Assembly: GCA_003213275.1 (NCBI GenBank) | Contig: QCNH01000001.1 | Location: 22,196 to 86,195 of the forward strand | DNA: 64,000 bases | From: Prochlorococcus sp. AG-424-M03 | GTDB taxonomy: Bacteria > Cyanobacteriota > Cyanobacteriia > PCC-6307 > Cyanobiaceae | Reading direction: 5' to 3' | Part shown: piece after piece, positions 1-11,436 of the stretch | How the letters are laid out: the number at the start of each line of letters is the position of its first letter | Numbering within the stretch: position 1 is the stretch's first letter | Notes under the pieces: generated by a model | Databases searched by the model: none | What the model saw: the letters and a program-made list of their open reading frames with translations, nothing else | What the model was told of the DNA's origin: nothing | Made by a program: the position numbers and the translations under genes

Positions 1-10
1 TTTTTTCTAA

Positions 11-1078
11 ATGATAGGGGGTAAGAAAAAATGTATTGGGTTAATATTTGGCGGGAATTCCAATGAACATGAAGTATCGATATCCTCTGCGAAAACAGTT
101 TATCAAGCATTTAATTCAGAAATAAACAAAGAACGCTTTATAGTTAAAGCCTTTTACATAAACAAATATGGAGACTGGATTGATAGTGATAGCTCAAAAA
201 AAATCCTAATTGATGAAATTAATAACAATAAAACAAAAAAACAAGAAATTTTTAATCAAGAAAAAATTAACTTTCTTGAAGGAATTGAATTTCAAAATGT
301 TGATGTTTGGTTTCCTCTTTTACATGGATTTAATGGGGAAGACGGATCAATTCATGGCTTACTTAGATTTACAAAGAAACCTTTAGTCGGATGTGGAATT
401 ATTGGCTCTGCACTTGGAATGGATAAAATATTGATGAAAACAATTTTCTCAAATCTTAAACTTCCACAAGTTAATTATCTAGTTTTTCAAAATGAAGATC
501 TCAACGATAAGAAAGTAAAAAATAAGTTAATTAATGAAATTTTAAAAAAATTAAATTTTCCTGTTTTTGTTAAACCATCGAACTCTGGATCATCTCTTGG
601 CATCTCCAAAGTCATAAATGAATCAGAAATATTAAAAGCATTAGAAAAGGCTCGGGAAATAGATCCAAGAATCTTAGTAGAGGAAGGTTTAGAGGTAAGG
701 GAGATTGAATGCGGAATAATTGGCAATTCAAAACTTTTAACCTCTGAGGTAGGTGAAGTAAAGTACGAAAGTGATTGGTATGATTACAATTCAAAATATT
801 ACTCAAATAATAAAATCACTATCCCTGCCAAAATAGATTCTAAAATTACAAAAGAAATTAAAGAAATTGCTATTCAAAGTTGTAGAGCACTAAATATTTT
901 CGGTTTTGCAAGAGTAGATTTCTTTTTAGAAAAATCTTCAAATAAAATTTTGTTAAATGAAATAAATACAATCCCTGGTTTCACAAAAAACAGTATGTTT
1001 CCATTGCTTTGGAAAGCTTCAGGTTTAAATATTGAACAACTTGTGGCTAAACTGGTAGATATATCTCTAGATTTATAA
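11..1078 (+). CDS. ddl: D-alanine--D-alanine ligase
   Basis: FGGNSNEHEVS, LHGFNGEDG, GSSLG and EINTIPGFT motifs; lies upstream of ftsQ-ftsZ. Confidence 0.97.
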   Translation: MIGGKKKCIGLIFGGNSNEHEVSISSAKTVYQAFNSEINKERFIVKAFYINKYGDWIDSDSSKKILIDEINNNKTKKQEIFNQEKINFLEGIEFQNVDVWFPLLHGFNGEDGSIHGLLRFTKKPLVGCGIIGSALGMDKILMKTIFSNLKLPQVNYLVFQNEDLNDKKVKNKLINEILKKLNFPVFVKPSNSGSSLGISKVINESEILKALEKAREIDPRILVEEGLEVREIECGIIGNSKLLTSEVGEVKYESDWYDYNSKYYSNNKITIPAKIDSKITKEIKEIAIQSCRALNIFGFARVDFFLEKSSNKILLNEINTIPGFTKNSMFPLLWKASGLNIEQLVAKLVDISLDL

Positions 1079-1088
1079 TTTAAATCAA

Positions 1089-1499
1089 ATGTTGCATGGT
1101 CTTCTTTGGTTACCATTACTATTAATCTTCGTTTTATTAACTGCGCTAGGATGGTTAGAAAGAAGAAGGCAAAATCTTTTTAGGATCTGGGCCAATGGTT
1201 CTGAACTTTGTAAGTTAGATAGTTCAGGTGCAGCATCCTTAAAAGATGGGGAATTAAAGTGGAGCGCATTTGAAGCTGGTACATTTGAAGAAAAAGATAG
1301 TTTCACAATCAAGAAACTAGAATTAGTTGAATTAATGGCCCTAACTTCAGGAGAAGCTCCTCTTACAAATGAATCTCAAGGAAAGTGTAGATTGAGATTA
1401 GTAGGTGATGGGAAAGAGATGGATGTACCATTTTCAGATGCAGAGCAGGCGAGAAAATGGATGGAGCAATTGATGGAAAAAGCTAGATGTGATTTGTGA
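1089..1499 (+). CDS. conserved cyanobacterial hypothetical protein, N-terminal membrane anchor
   Basis: 136-aa ORF with a hydrophobic N-terminus; overlaps the ftsQ start by 4 bp. Confidence 0.8.
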   Translation: MLHGLLWLPLLLIFVLLTALGWLERRRQNLFRIWANGSELCKLDSSGAASLKDGELKWSAFEAGTFEEKDSFTIKKLELVELMALTSGEAPLTNESQGKCRLRLVGDGKEMDVPFSDAEQARKWMEQLMEKARCDL

Positions 1500-2221
1500 A
1501 AAACAAGAACAAAATTAACAATAGAAGCTTTTTATTACTAATTTTATTTTTATTTTCAACAAGCTTAATAAGTCTAAAAACTTTAAAATATTTAAATATT
1601 AAGGATATTAAAATATCTGGTAGTAAATTATTTTCGCAAACTGATTTAGTAAATAATTCATCTTTAAAATTTCCAACTAGGTTAATATTTATCAAAACTA
1701 GGTTTTTAGAACAAGAGTTAAAACAAAATTTATCACTCAAGAATGTTTCGGTAAGTAGACAAATATTTCCTTTTGGTTTAAAAATTCAAGTTAAAACAAG
1801 AACCCCAATAGCTTATGGAGAGAGAATATTAAATGACGAAAAAATATTAGGCTACATTGATGCAGATGGAATTTTTATCAATAAACAAAATGTAGATGAA
1901 AAAAATCTAAATAAATTAACCATTCAAGTTTTTGGATGGGAAGAAAAATTTAAAAAAATATTATCTGAAATTCTTATTGCCCAAGAGAATTATAAATTTG
2001 AGGTAGTTAAGATCACATTTTCACCAAATGGATTTTTGACTATTGAGGAAAAAGATTTAAAAACAATCTTTCTTGGATTTAATCCAAATTTAATCAACTA
2101 TCAATTACAAATAATAGAAAATCTAAAAAATGAATTTCAAAAAAATAACTTTTCTAAAAAAATTGATAATATTGATCTTACTGATCCAAATAAACCAAAA
2201 ATAAAAGTGTTCAAACCCTAA
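1496..2221 (+). CDS. ftsQ: cell division protein FtsQ/DivIB (POTRA)
   Basis: single TM, POTRA-like segment (RQIFPFGLKIQVKTRTPIA), C-terminal IDLTDP; directly upstream of ftsZ. Confidence 0.88.
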   Translation: MKNKNKINNRSFLLLILFLFSTSLISLKTLKYLNIKDIKISGSKLFSQTDLVNNSSLKFPTRLIFIKTRFLEQELKQNLSLKNVSVSRQIFPFGLKIQVKTRTPIAYGERILNDEKILGYIDADGIFINKQNVDEKNLNKLTIQVFGWEEKFKKILSEILIAQENYKFEVVKITFSPNGFLTIEEKDLKTIFLGFNPNLINYQLQIIENLKNEFQKNNFSKKIDNIDLTDPNKPKIKVFKP

Positions 2222-2400
2222 TATTTGGGAATGAATTTAAAATAATTTTTTTTTATTAATGTAGTGTTGATTAGGGTTTAGCATTAAAAACAAAATATTT
2301 ATTAAATAAATATTTTAAGGACTTTCCTCAACAAATTCCTACAGATGAGCTTAGTGAGTTCATAATGCACCCAATACTAGTATTAGATCCTTATTTAGAG

Positions 2401-3516
2401 ATGAGCTTCGGTAACAATCCAAACTTTGATCAATCGAGAGAAATCCTTCCAAGCCAAAATGCCAAAATAGAAGTTATTGGCGTTGGTGGTGGTGGAAGCA
2501 ACGCAGTTAACAGAATGATAAATAGTGATCTTGAGGGTGTATCATTTAGAGTCCTGAATACTGATGCACAAGCACTACTGCAATCTTCTGCTGAGCGTAG
2601 AGTCCAACTTGGACAAAATCTTACAAGAGGTCTTGGTGCAGGAGGCAATCCAAGTATTGGGCAAAAAGCTGCGGAAGAATCTAGAGACGAGCTTCAACAA
2701 GCTTTAGAGGGATCTGATCTAGTATTTATAGCTGCTGGAATGGGTGGCGGGACTGGAACAGGGGCAGCTCCTGTTGTTGCAGAAGTAGCTAAACAAAGTG
2801 GTGCACTAACTGTGGGTATAGTTACTAAACCATTTTCTTTTGAAGGTAAAAGAAGGATGCGTCAAGCAGAAGAAGGAATTGCAAGACTAGCTGAAAATGT
2901 TGATACTCTTATTGTAATTCCAAATGACAGATTAAAAGACGTTATAGCAGGAGCTCCACTTCAAGAAGCATTTAGGAATGCAGATGATGTTTTAAGAATG
3001 GGAGTCAAAGGTATAAGTGACATAATTACTTGTCCGGGATTAGTTAATGTTGATTTCGCTGATGTTAGATCAGTTATGACAGAAGCAGGTACTGCTCTTC
3101 TTGGAATAGGTATTGGTTCAGGTAGATCGAGAGCTTTAGAGGCGGCACAAGCAGCAATGAATAGTCCTTTATTAGAAGCAGCTAGAATTGATGGAGCGAA
3201 AGGTTGCGTTATAAATATTACTGGTGGGAAAGACATGACTTTAGAAGACATGACCTCCGCATCTGAAATTATCTATGATGTTGTTGATCAAGAAGCTAAT
3301 ATAATTGTTGGTGCAGTTGTTGATGAAGCAATGGAAGGAGAAATACAAGTTACTGTGATTGCTACCGGATTTGAAACAAATCAACCTTTAAAACAACAAA
3401 GAATTAAAAACAGACTTTCAAATCAACCACTATATAATATGACTGATAACAAAGAATCTGGAGCTAGTATTCCTGAATTCTTAAGATTGAGACAAAATAA
3501 AAAAGATATAGATTAG
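2401..3516 (+). CDS. ftsZ: cell division protein FtsZ
   Basis: [17 protein letters not shown] tubulin signature, C-terminal IPEFLR; start placed at ATG 2401 (ORF opens at 2365). Confidence 0.99.
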   Translation: MSFGNNPNFDQSREILPSQNAKIEVIGVGGGGSNAVNRMINSDLEGVSFRVLNTDAQALLQSSAERRVQLGQNLTRGLGAGGNPSIGQKAAEESRDELQQALEGSDLVFIAAGMGGGTGTGAAPVVAEVAKQSGALTVGIVTKPFSFEGKRRMRQAEEGIARLAENVDTLIVIPNDRLKDVIAGAPLQEAFRNADDVLRMGVKGISDIITCPGLVNVDFADVRSVMTEAGTALLGIGIGSGRSRALEAAQAAMNSPLLEAARIDGAKGCVINITGGKDMTLEDMTSASEIIYDVVDQEANIIVGAVVDEAMEGEIQVTVIATGFETNQPLKQQRIKNRLSNQPLYNMTDNKESGASIPEFLRLRQNKKDID

Positions 3517-3529
3517 TAAGTAAAATAGA

Positions 3530-3627
3530 GTGACTCGGTTATCTCGCCTGCCTCAAGCATCCCTTGTGGCTGCTACCTTCCGGTCCTGACCAGGTTTAGG
3601 CGTTAAAACCGCGAAAGGCCGAGTCAC
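3530..3627 (-). ncRNA. ffs: SRP (4.5S) RNA
   Basis: minus strand contains the conserved TCAGGACCGGAAGGTAGCAGC helix-8 motif; the ends pair (GTGACTCGG/CCGAGTCAC). Confidence 0.95.
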
Positions 3628-3672
3628 AAACATACTAGCAATTCTTGATTAAAAAAGATACATAAATTTCTT

Positions 3673-4446
3673 ATGTTACCTTCAGACCTCGTTAAATATA
3701 AAAAAAAATCTCAAAAAATCATTGCACTAACGGCATGGGACTCTATATCTGGATCCATTGCAGAACAAGCTAATGTAGATCTCGTCTTAGTGGGAGATTC
3801 CTTAGCCATGGTCTGTTTAGGATACCAATCCACATTACCTTTAACTTTAGAAAACATTATTTATCATACTAACGCTGTTTCGAGAGGGTTTAAAAAGAGA
3901 ATTGAAGAACAACCGTTAATAGTTTCTGATATGCCTTTTTTGACCTATCAATGTGGAGAGGACAAAGCTGTGGAGTATGCAGGGAAAATCATTCAAAACA
4001 CTTATGCAAAAGCTGTAAAGGTCGAAGGGGCTGAACCAGAAATACAAAAAGTGATCTCTAGAATAATAAGAATGGGAATCCCTGTTATGGGTCATCTAGG
4101 ACTTACACCACAAAGCTATTTAAATCTTGGATTAAAAAAACAAGGCGAAAGCTTAGAAAGCCAAGAAAAAATCAAAAGAGAGGCATCCATGCTCGAAAAA
4201 TTAGGATGTTTTTCAATAGTTCTTGAACATATTCCTGAGTTGCTTGCTAAAGAAATAAAAAATAATTTATCAATTCCTACAATAGGCATTGGTGCAGGCA
4301 ATTATTGCGATGGGCAAGTAAGAGTTACTGCAGATTTATTAGGCCTTAATGATGATCAACCACCCTTCTGCCAACCGATTATTCAAGGTAAGAAATTATT
4401 TAAGGATACATTAAAAGAATGGGTAGCCTCTGAAAGACTTAATTAA
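3673..4446 (+). CDS. panB: 3-methyl-2-oxobutanoate hydroxymethyltransferase
   Basis: LTAWD, LVGDSLAM, VKVEG, GHLGLTPQ, TIGIGAG. Confidence 0.97.
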   Translation: MLPSDLVKYKKKSQKIIALTAWDSISGSIAEQANVDLVLVGDSLAMVCLGYQSTLPLTLENIIYHTNAVSRGFKKRIEEQPLIVSDMPFLTYQCGEDKAVEYAGKIIQNTYAKAVKVEGAEPEIQKVISRIIRMGIPVMGHLGLTPQSYLNLGLKKQGESLESQEKIKREASMLEKLGCFSIVLEHIPELLAKEIKNNLSIPTIGIGAGNYCDGQVRVTADLLGLNDDQPPFCQPIIQGKKLFKDTLKEWVASERLN

Positions 4447-5662
4447 TCTCAGCCCACCACTTAAACATTGAAATAAGAACTTGATTACTTAGCTCCATAC
4501 CTTTTGGATCACTTAAAAAAAATCTATTCCCATTTCTCAGTAATAATCCACTTTCAAGGAATTTCTCCCATTCTTGAAGCAATTTTATTAAATTACTTTC
4601 AAATTTTTTATTTTCCCAGTTTTGTTCTTTTAAGACTTTAAAGATATCTATACCCTCTTTAAGTCTCAATCCCAACATTATTTTTTCATCCAATTCTTGA
4701 TAAACAAATTTTTTTTTAATTAGCGATGAATCTATATTTAGTGAGCATTGCCTAATCACCCATTCCTTGTATTCTTTACTAACTCTTGGTCTAGTAAGCT
4801 TTTCCCCCCATGGTGAACTAGTGGAGCCTTGACCAAAACTCCACCAGCCTAAACCACTCCAATAAACTTTATTATGTCTCGATTGATGACTTGGGAGACA
4901 ATAGTTAGAAATCTCATATCTTGAGTACCCTGAGCTTTTTAAAATCAAATGAGTTGATTCACTATTTCTAAAAGCTTCTTCATCACTCGGGAGCTGTAAT
5001 TTCCCCAATTTAACTAATTTTTTAAAAACAGTTCCATTTTCAATATTTAAATCGTAAATGGATATATGAGGAGGAGAAAACGTTATTGTTTTTTTTAAGT
5101 CCTCTTGCCATTCTTTAAATCCACTAAGTGGCAAGTTTTGAATTAAATCTAAGCTCCAACTTTTTATTAACCCAGATTTATATACTTTCTTCAACCATAA
5201 ACAAGATTTCTCAGCATCTTCTCTCAAATGCCTTCTCCCTGACTTTTGAAGTATTTGATTATTAAAACTTTGAACTCCCAGACTAAATCTATTTATTCCA
5301 GCATTTATGAATCCATAAAGATCATCTAAATCAAAACTTGCTGGATCAACTTCCATAGTAATTTCAGCACCATAGTCAACTCCATAATTTTCTTTAAAAA
5401 GATCAATTAACTTTTTGATTTGTTGGGGATCCAAAATTGATGGTGTACCACCACCTAAATAAATTGTCGACAGAGGTGATTTATGTTTAATTGACAATAT
5501 TTCTTTGTGTAAAAAGTGCAAATATTCTTTAACAGTATTACTTCCATAACCCCGTAAAGTATCAACTTTATCTCCTAGTGGAATAACAGCAAAATCACAA
5601 TAAAAACACCTTCTATGGCAAAAAGGTATGTGTATATATGCACTTCTAGGAAACTTATTCAT
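4439..5662 (-). CDS. hemW: radical SAM heme chaperone HemW (HemN-like)
   Basis: YIHIPFCHRRCFYCDF (CxxxCxxC), GGGTPS, YEISNY, and HNKVYW (the HemW-type HNxxYW motif). Confidence 0.9.
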   Translation of the reverse strand: MNKFPRSAYIHIPFCHRRCFYCDFAVIPLGDKVDTLRGYGSNTVKEYLHFLHKEILSIKHKSPLSTIYLGGGTPSILDPQQIKKLIDLFKENYGVDYGAEITMEVDPASFDLDDLYGFINAGINRFSLGVQSFNNQILQKSGRRHLREDAEKSCLWLKKVYKSGLIKSWSLDLIQNLPLSGFKEWQEDLKKTITFSPPHISIYDLNIENGTVFKKLVKLGKLQLPSDEEAFRNSESTHLILKSSGYSRYEISNYCLPSHQSRHNKVYWSGLGWWSFGQGSTSSPWGEKLTRPRVSKEYKEWVIRQCSLNIDSSLIKKKFVYQELDEKIMLGLRLKEGIDIFKVLKEQNWENKKFESNLIKLLQEWEKFLESGLLLRNGNRFFLSDPKGMELSNQVLISMFKWWAEIN

Positions 5663-5758
5663 AATCTAAATCGATTTTTAAGCTGCAGAAAGTTATGAAG
5701 GATCGAAAAAAATAAAATCCTTATTTACTCAATTAATAAATCCTAGTAGATTATAGAT

Positions 5759-6868
5759 ATGACAGATATCATAGTATTAATTTTATTTGTATTGTCTGGA
5801 GCTGCTTCAGGTTGGCTCGGGGTTGATTTATTGCCCATAGACATTCTCAAACAGGTATCTAATGTAGAAGGTTTTAGAATTGTTTTAGCAATAATAGGTT
5901 TTTTCATAGGATTAGCTGCTGGTTTTGTATTCCTTCAACTGAGAAAGACGTTTCTTGATCAAATAAGGACAATGCCCACTGATTTATTAATAAGTAGATC
6001 AGTTGGCTTAATATTAGGATTATTAGTTGCCAATCTCCTGCTTGCTCCAATTCTGTTAATCCCCATCCCTAGAGAAGTCTTTTTTGCGAAACCCTTAGCG
6101 GCTATATTAAGCAATATATTCTTTGGGGTACTTGGTTATAAGTTAGCGGATACACATGGTAGGACATTATTGAGATTATTCAATCCAAATAATACTGATG
6201 CATATCTAGTGAATGAAGGAATACTTCCAGCTGCAAGTCCAAAAATTCTAGATACAAGTGTAATTATTGATGGAAGAATAAATGGACTGTTAAGTTGCGG
6301 CTTGTTGGAAGGGCAATTAATTGTTGCTCAAAGTGTAATTGATGAATTACAAACTTTAGCTGATTCAAGCAGTAATGAAAAAAGGTCCAAAGGAAGGCGA
6401 GGTTTAAAATTGTTAAAAGAATTAAGAGATTTATACGGTAGAAGACTTGTAATCAACCCAACAAAGTATGAAGGTAATGGGGTAGATGAAAAGCTCCTTA
6501 AAATAACTGAGGATATGACAGGGACTTTAATTACGGCTGATTATAATCTCTCTCAAATTGCGGAAGTTAAAGAATTAAAAGTTATGAATTTGAGTGATTT
6601 AGTTATTGCTTTAAGACCAGAAGTGCAGCCAGGAGAATCACTAAACATAAAAATTGTAAGAGAAGGAAAAGAAAAAATGCAAGGTATTGGATATTTAGAT
6701 GACGGAACAATGGTTGTTATTGACGAAGCAAAGAATTATGTAGGTAGCAGATTAGATATTGTTATTACAGGAGCATTACAAACTCCCACTGGAAGAATGG
6801 TCTTTGGAAAACTGATAAATAATCCTGAGTCAAACAAATCTTTTAAATCACCAGCGACACAGGGCTAA
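5759..6868 (+). CDS. membrane PIN/TRAM domain protein (YacL-like)
   Basis: N-terminal TM helices, PIN motif LDTSVIIDGR...ELQ...D, TRAM motif GIGYLDDGTMVV...QTPTGRMVF. Confidence 0.92.
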   Translation: MTDIIVLILFVLSGAASGWLGVDLLPIDILKQVSNVEGFRIVLAIIGFFIGLAAGFVFLQLRKTFLDQIRTMPTDLLISRSVGLILGLLVANLLLAPILLIPIPREVFFAKPLAAILSNIFFGVLGYKLADTHGRTLLRLFNPNNTDAYLVNEGILPAASPKILDTSVIIDGRINGLLSCGLLEGQLIVAQSVIDELQTLADSSSNEKRSKGRRGLKLLKELRDLYGRRLVINPTKYEGNGVDEKLLKITEDMTGTLITADYNLSQIAEVKELKVMNLSDLVIALRPEVQPGESLNIKIVREGKEKMQGIGYLDDGTMVVIDEAKNYVGSRLDIVITGALQTPTGRMVFGKLINNPESNKSFKSPATQG

Positions 6869-6908
6869 ATCTAGCTAGAATCAGATCAATCTTAATTTTG
6901 TGATACAA

Positions 6909-7571
6909 ATGACTGTATCTGCTCCTTATTACGGCGAAAACACTGTCATGAGGACCCCGCCCCCTGATCTGCCCTCTCTTTTACTAAAAGAGCGAATTGT
7001 CTATCTCGGTTTACCATTATTTTCAGATGATGATGCGAAAAGACAACTAGGTATGGATGTTACTGAGCTAATCATTGCTCAGCTTCTTTATCTAGAGTTT
7101 GAAGACCCAGAAAAACCTATCTTTTTTTATATAAATTCCACAGGGACAAGTTGGTACACTGGTGATGCGGTTGGGTTTGAGACAGAAGCTTTCGCTATCT
7201 GCGATACTATAAGCTATATTAAACCTCCAGTACATACAATATGTATCGGACAAGCAATGGGAACTGCTGCAGTTATCCTTTCATCTGGTACTAAAGGGCA
7301 AAGAGCGGCTCTTCCTCATGCCTCTATTGTTTTACATCAACCTATCAGCGGGGCAAGAGGTCAAGCAACTGATATTCAAATAAGAGCCGAAGAAGTTTTG
7401 AAAAATAAAAAATCAATGCTAGAGATTCTATCTCGTAATACTGGTAAGACTATTGAAGAATTATCTAAAGACTCAGACCGGATGAGTTATCTCAACCCTC
7501 AAGAAGCATTAGATTATGGAGTTATCGATAGAATACTCACAAGCCAAAAAGATTTACCAAATAACATTTAA
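6909..7571 (+). CDS. clpR: ATP-dependent Clp protease non-catalytic subunit ClpR
   Basis: [18 protein letters not shown]; the catalytic Ser position reads GQAMGTAA, so it is inactive; paired with clpP. Confidence 0.9.
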   Translation: MTVSAPYYGENTVMRTPPPDLPSLLLKERIVYLGLPLFSDDDAKRQLGMDVTELIIAQLLYLEFEDPEKPIFFYINSTGTSWYTGDAVGFETEAFAICDTISYIKPPVHTICIGQAMGTAAVILSSGTKGQRAALPHASIVLHQPISGARGQATDIQIRAEEVLKNKKSMLEILSRNTGKTIEELSKDSDRMSYLNPQEALDYGVIDRILTSQKDLPNNI

Positions 7572-7597
7572 CTCTCACAAAAAACTACTTTAAAATT

Positions 7598-8209
7598 ATG
7601 CCAATAGGAACTCCAAGCGTGCCTTATAGACTTCCAGGAAGTCAATACGAAAGATGGGTTGACATATATACCAGATTAGGTGTTGAAAGAATTCTTTTTC
7701 TTGGACAAGAAGTTAACGATGGGATTGCCAATAGCCTGGTCGCACAAATGCTTTATCTTGATTCTGATGACAATTCCAAACCTATCTATCTATACATAAA
7801 TAGCCCAGGAGGATCAGTAACAGCTGGCTTGGCTATATATGACACTATCAAATACGTAAAAAGCGATGTAGTAACAATATGCGTAGGTCTGGCAGCCTCA
7901 ATGGGTGCATTCTTATTGGCTGCTGGAACAAAAGGTAAAAGAGTTGCTTTGCCTCACAGCAGAATAATGATTCATCAACCCCTTGGGGGAACATCTCAAC
8001 GCCAAGCGAGTGATATTGAAATAGAAGCTAAGGAAATTTTAAGAATTAAAGACATGTTAAACATGTCTATGGCAGATATGACAGGTCAATCATTTGAGAA
8101 AATTGAAAAGGATACAGATAGAGATTATTTTCTAAGTGCAGAAGAGGCAAAAAACTATGGCCTAATTGATAGAGTAATAACACATCCAAGCGAAGCAAAT
8201 CCTTCTTAA
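7598..8209 (+). CDS. clpP: ATP-dependent Clp protease proteolytic subunit (ClpP3-type)
   Basis: YINSPGG, GLAASMG (Ser), MIHQP (His), DTDRD. Confidence 0.97.
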   Translation: MPIGTPSVPYRLPGSQYERWVDIYTRLGVERILFLGQEVNDGIANSLVAQMLYLDSDDNSKPIYLYINSPGGSVTAGLAIYDTIKYVKSDVVTICVGLAASMGAFLLAAGTKGKRVALPHSRIMIHQPLGGTSQRQASDIEIEAKEILRIKDMLNMSMADMTGQSFEKIEKDTDRDYFLSAEEAKNYGLIDRVITHPSEANPS

Positions 8210-8318
8210 ATTTTCTAAATAATATTTTAATTTTAATTTTTAAATTTATGATTTATTGGTTTATTTACACATTTAATGTCTAAAATATTAACTATCAAAT
8301 GCTAAGAAGCTACAACTA

Positions 8319-9308
8319 ATGACCCAACTCTTTTACGACACAGATGCTGATCTAAGTCTTTTAAATAATAAAACAATAGCGATAATTGGATATGGATCAC
8401 AAGGTCACGCACATGCCCTAAATCTTAAAGATAGCGGTATGGATGTAATTGTTGGATTATATAAAGGAAGCAAGTCTGAAAGCAAGGCTATTAGTGATGG
8501 TCTCCAAGTGTTTAGTGTTTCAGAAGCTTGCGAAAAAGCAGACTGGATTATGATTCTCCTGCCAGATGAGTTTCAGAAAAATGTTTACCTAAAAGAAATA
8601 GAACCAAACTTAAAAGAGGGAAAGATATTAAGTTTTGCTCATGGCTTTAATATAAGATTCGGACTTATCAAACCCCCTAGTTTTGTAGATGTTGTAATGA
8701 TTGCTCCAAAAGGACCTGGACACACTGTTCGTTGGGAATACCAAAATGGTCAAGGAGTTCCTGCATTGTTCGCAGTAGAGCAGGATTCTTCTGGAAATGC
8801 AAGATCACTAGCGATGGCTTACGCTAAAGGGATTGGCGGAACGAGAGCTGGGATACTTGAAACGAATTTCAAAGAAGAGACAGAAACTGATTTATTTGGC
8901 GAACAAGCGGTTTTATGCGGAGGCTTATCAGAACTCGTAAAATCTGGCTTCGAAACTCTTGTAGAAGCTGGATATCAACCAGAACTTGCTTACTTTGAAT
9001 GCTTACATGAAGTCAAACTAATTGTCGATCTAATGGTGAAGGGAGGCTTATCTCAAATGAGAGATTCCATTTCTAATACTGCAGAATATGGAGATTATGT
9101 AAGTGGCAAAAGACTTATCAATAGTGATACAAAGAAAGAAATGCAGAAAATTCTAAAAGATATTCAAGATGGAACTTTCGCTAAGAATTTTGTAGAAGAA
9201 TGCGATAAAAATAAACCCTTAATGACAAAACTGAGAGAAGAGAACTCAAAACATGAAATTGAGAAAGTAGGTAAAGGTCTGCGCTCGATGTTCAGTTGGC
9301 TAAAGTAA
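8319..9308 (+). CDS. ilvC: ketol-acid reductoisomerase
   Basis: [34 protein letters not shown]. Confidence 0.98.
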   Translation: MTQLFYDTDADLSLLNNKTIAIIGYGSQGHAHALNLKDSGMDVIVGLYKGSKSESKAISDGLQVFSVSEACEKADWIMILLPDEFQKNVYLKEIEPNLKEGKILSFAHGFNIRFGLIKPPSFVDVVMIAPKGPGHTVRWEYQNGQGVPALFAVEQDSSGNARSLAMAYAKGIGGTRAGILETNFKEETETDLFGEQAVLCGGLSELVKSGFETLVEAGYQPELAYFECLHEVKLIVDLMVKGGLSQMRDSISNTAEYGDYVSGKRLINSDTKKEMQKILKDIQDGTFAKNFVEECDKNKPLMTKLREENSKHEIEKVGKGLRSMFSWLK

Positions 9309-10321
9309 ATTTATTTTTAATATTTCTTGGATCAGTTGGTTTTGATTTATTGATCGGAGATCCAAGATTTTTAGTTCACCCTGTTCAAATAATTGGCTTT
9401 TACATAAAAAAAACATCTGATTACCTCAGAAATAATTTTCGAGAAAATAAAAAAATATTATTTTGGAGTGGTTTTATTGTTTCCATATCCACTATTGGAA
9501 TTAGTTTTACTTTAGGTAAATTAATAGAACTAAGTTATTTTCAATTAAGAAATAATTTTTTTTGTGGATTGTTAATTTTTTTGGGACTTTCAAGTTGTAT
9601 AGCGACTAAAGGACTTATTTCAAGTGTGAAAGAGATCGCAAATCTAATAGAACTCAATGAAATTAGTGATGAAAATGAAAGAATAATCAAAGAGAAAGTG
9701 CAAAGAATAGTAAGTAGGGATGTAAGGTCATCTTCTATACAACATCTTTTGAGATCAAGTACTGAGAGTCTTACCGAAAATTCTGTTGATGGAATATTTG
9801 GGCCATTATTTTGGATATTTTTTGGAATTATTTTAATGAATTTTTCAATTTTTTTACCAGGGCCTTTATCACTTGGTTTTTCTTATAAAGCAATAAGTAC
9901 TTTAGATTCAATGATAGGGTACAAATATGATTACTTTAGATATTTAGGTTTTTTCAGTGCGAAAATCGAAGATATTTTTACTTTTATTCCTTCAAGATTA
10001 GTTTTAATAACACTACCTTTAGTTAGTTCTAAATTTAATGAGTATAAATCAATCATAAAAAAAAGTTATCATGATGGCAAAAAGTATGATTCCCCTAATT
10101 CTGGGATTTCAGAAGCTATATTTGCTTATATTTCGGATATTAAATTAGGAGGAAAAAGTAAATATAAAAATAAAATTATTGAAAAACCAATAATCAATGA
10201 AAGTGGAGTTGTTTGCACTGGAGAGAAAATCGACTTAATTTGTAAATTAATTTTGAGATTACAATTTTTATGGATAATAATCTTTGTCTTAATATTTTTT
10301 ATGATTTCGAGTTTAATTTAA
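9296..10321 (+). CDS. cbiB: adenosylcobinamide-phosphate synthase CbiB/CobD
   Basis: GDP...[31 protein letters not shown]. Confidence 0.93.
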   Translation: MAKVNLFLIFLGSVGFDLLIGDPRFLVHPVQIIGFYIKKTSDYLRNNFRENKKILFWSGFIVSISTIGISFTLGKLIELSYFQLRNNFFCGLLIFLGLSSCIATKGLISSVKEIANLIELNEISDENERIIKEKVQRIVSRDVRSSSIQHLLRSSTESLTENSVDGIFGPLFWIFFGIILMNFSIFLPGPLSLGFSYKAISTLDSMIGYKYDYFRYLGFFSAKIEDIFTFIPSRLVLITLPLVSSKFNEYKSIIKKSYHDGKKYDSPNSGISEAIFAYISDIKLGGKSKYKNKIIEKPIINESGVVCTGEKIDLICKLILRLQFLWIIIFVLIFFMISSLI

Positions 10322-10366
10322 TAATAAATTAGTTTTAAAACTACTAATATAAATAAAAAAGACTCT

Positions 10367-10612
10367 ATGCAAGAACAAAATTCTCCAATAGAAGATCAAG
10401 ACAATGATTTCACCAATACATCATCATCTAATAATGAATATTCAAAATGGGTAGATAATCAGGGAGATGAAGTAAAGAATGTTTTTGGATTTAATAGCAG
10501 TGCAGAGCTTGTTAATGGAAGAGCAGCAATGGTCGGATTCTTAATGCTCATATTAACTGAGTTGGTTTTTAGCGGAAAACCTGTAACGTCTTCAATCTTT
10601 GGTATTAATTAA
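10367..10612 (+). CDS. hli: high-light inducible protein (Hli)
   Basis: AELVNGRAAMVGF chlorophyll-binding motif followed by one TM helix. Confidence 0.93.
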   Translation: MQEQNSPIEDQDNDFTNTSSSNNEYSKWVDNQGDEVKNVFGFNSSAELVNGRAAMVGFLMLILTELVFSGKPVTSSIFGIN

Positions 10613-10614
10613 AA

Positions 10615-10827
10615 ATGGTAGAAAAAAAGTCTAATCCAATAAAAGTATTCCTATACATATCTGTATGGGTAATAATTTGGGGCACATTAGGTTCTTTGAT
10701 AGATTATCCTCTATATAAAAATAAAATTTATTTAGAAGGAAGCATATATCAGTATCTTACTTTTACAATTACAGCAGTAATTTCCTTCATATGTGCAAAG
10801 TTTTTTTATAAAAAAATTGAGTTATAA
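10615..10827 (+). CDS. small two-TM hypothetical protein
   Basis: 70 aa with two hydrophobic segments; starts 2 bp after the hli stop. Confidence 0.7.
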   Translation: MVEKKSNPIKVFLYISVWVIIWGTLGSLIDYPLYKNKIYLEGSIYQYLTFTITAVISFICAKFFYKKIEL

Positions 10828-11079
10828 AAACTTGTACCTAAATTTCTTAATAATTTTAGCTGGTTCTTTATTGTCATTTGACTCATATAAAATCCACTGA
10901 TGTGTCTCAGTATCATGGTCACAACCATAACTTCCAGTTAAGCTATCATAGCTTGATAGAGTTGAGTGACAATACTGATCTGCCTCAAAAGCAGAGTCAT
11001 AACCAGTTAGAAAATATATCAAAAACAGAACAAGTACTAACAAAAAAAATCCTTGGAAAACTAGATTAATTACCTTCAT
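10822..11079 (-). CDS. small hypothetical membrane protein with a Cys pair
   Basis: TM then ADQYCH...YGCDHDTETHQWILY; start could be 11091. Confidence 0.7.
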   Translation of the reverse strand: MKVINLVFQGFFLLVLVLFLIYFLTGYDSAFEADQYCHSTLSSYDSLTGSYGCDHDTETHQWILYESNDNKEPAKIIKKFRYKFL

Positions 11080-11136
11080 AAGATATCCCAAATTCTTAAT
11101 ATATCATCTATAAAACTTTTCGATCTAAAAATATAG

Positions 11137-11382
11137 TCAACGTCCAATATTTAAAACAAAGTCATGGAATTTTTGATTATTTAGATACAAGATAACTATG
11201 AGTAATAAAATTCCATTCAAGCCAAGTACTATTGATGCAAGAATATTTTGTTGTTTTTTACTTGGCAAAGTATAAGTAATTTTTTTGTCTCTAATAAAAG
11301 AAGGTAAGAATTTATTTTCTTTCTTTACATCTTTTATTTCAGTATCATTATTCACTTCATTATCAGAGAAACCTTTTGACAT
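11137..11382 (-). CDS. small hypothetical protein with C-terminal TM
   Basis: 81-aa ORF with MSKGF start and a hydrophobic C-terminal helix. Confidence 0.7.
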   Translation of the reverse strand: MSKGFSDNEVNNDTEIKDVKKENKFLPSFIRDKKITYTLPSKKQQNILASIVLGLNGILLLIVILYLNNQKFHDFVLNIGR

Positions 11383-11436
11383 TAAAATTTAAATAGCAAT
11401 TTTATAATATTCCAAAAAAAGAAATTATTTTAATAA

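Noticed and set aside
487-3251. Short antisense or alternate-frame ORFs from the track (e.g. 487-726, 612-806, 874-1116, 1085-1312, 2430-2648, 2961-3251, and similar ones throughout)
   Set aside because: They overlap well-supported genes and show no motifs; treated as shadow ORFs.
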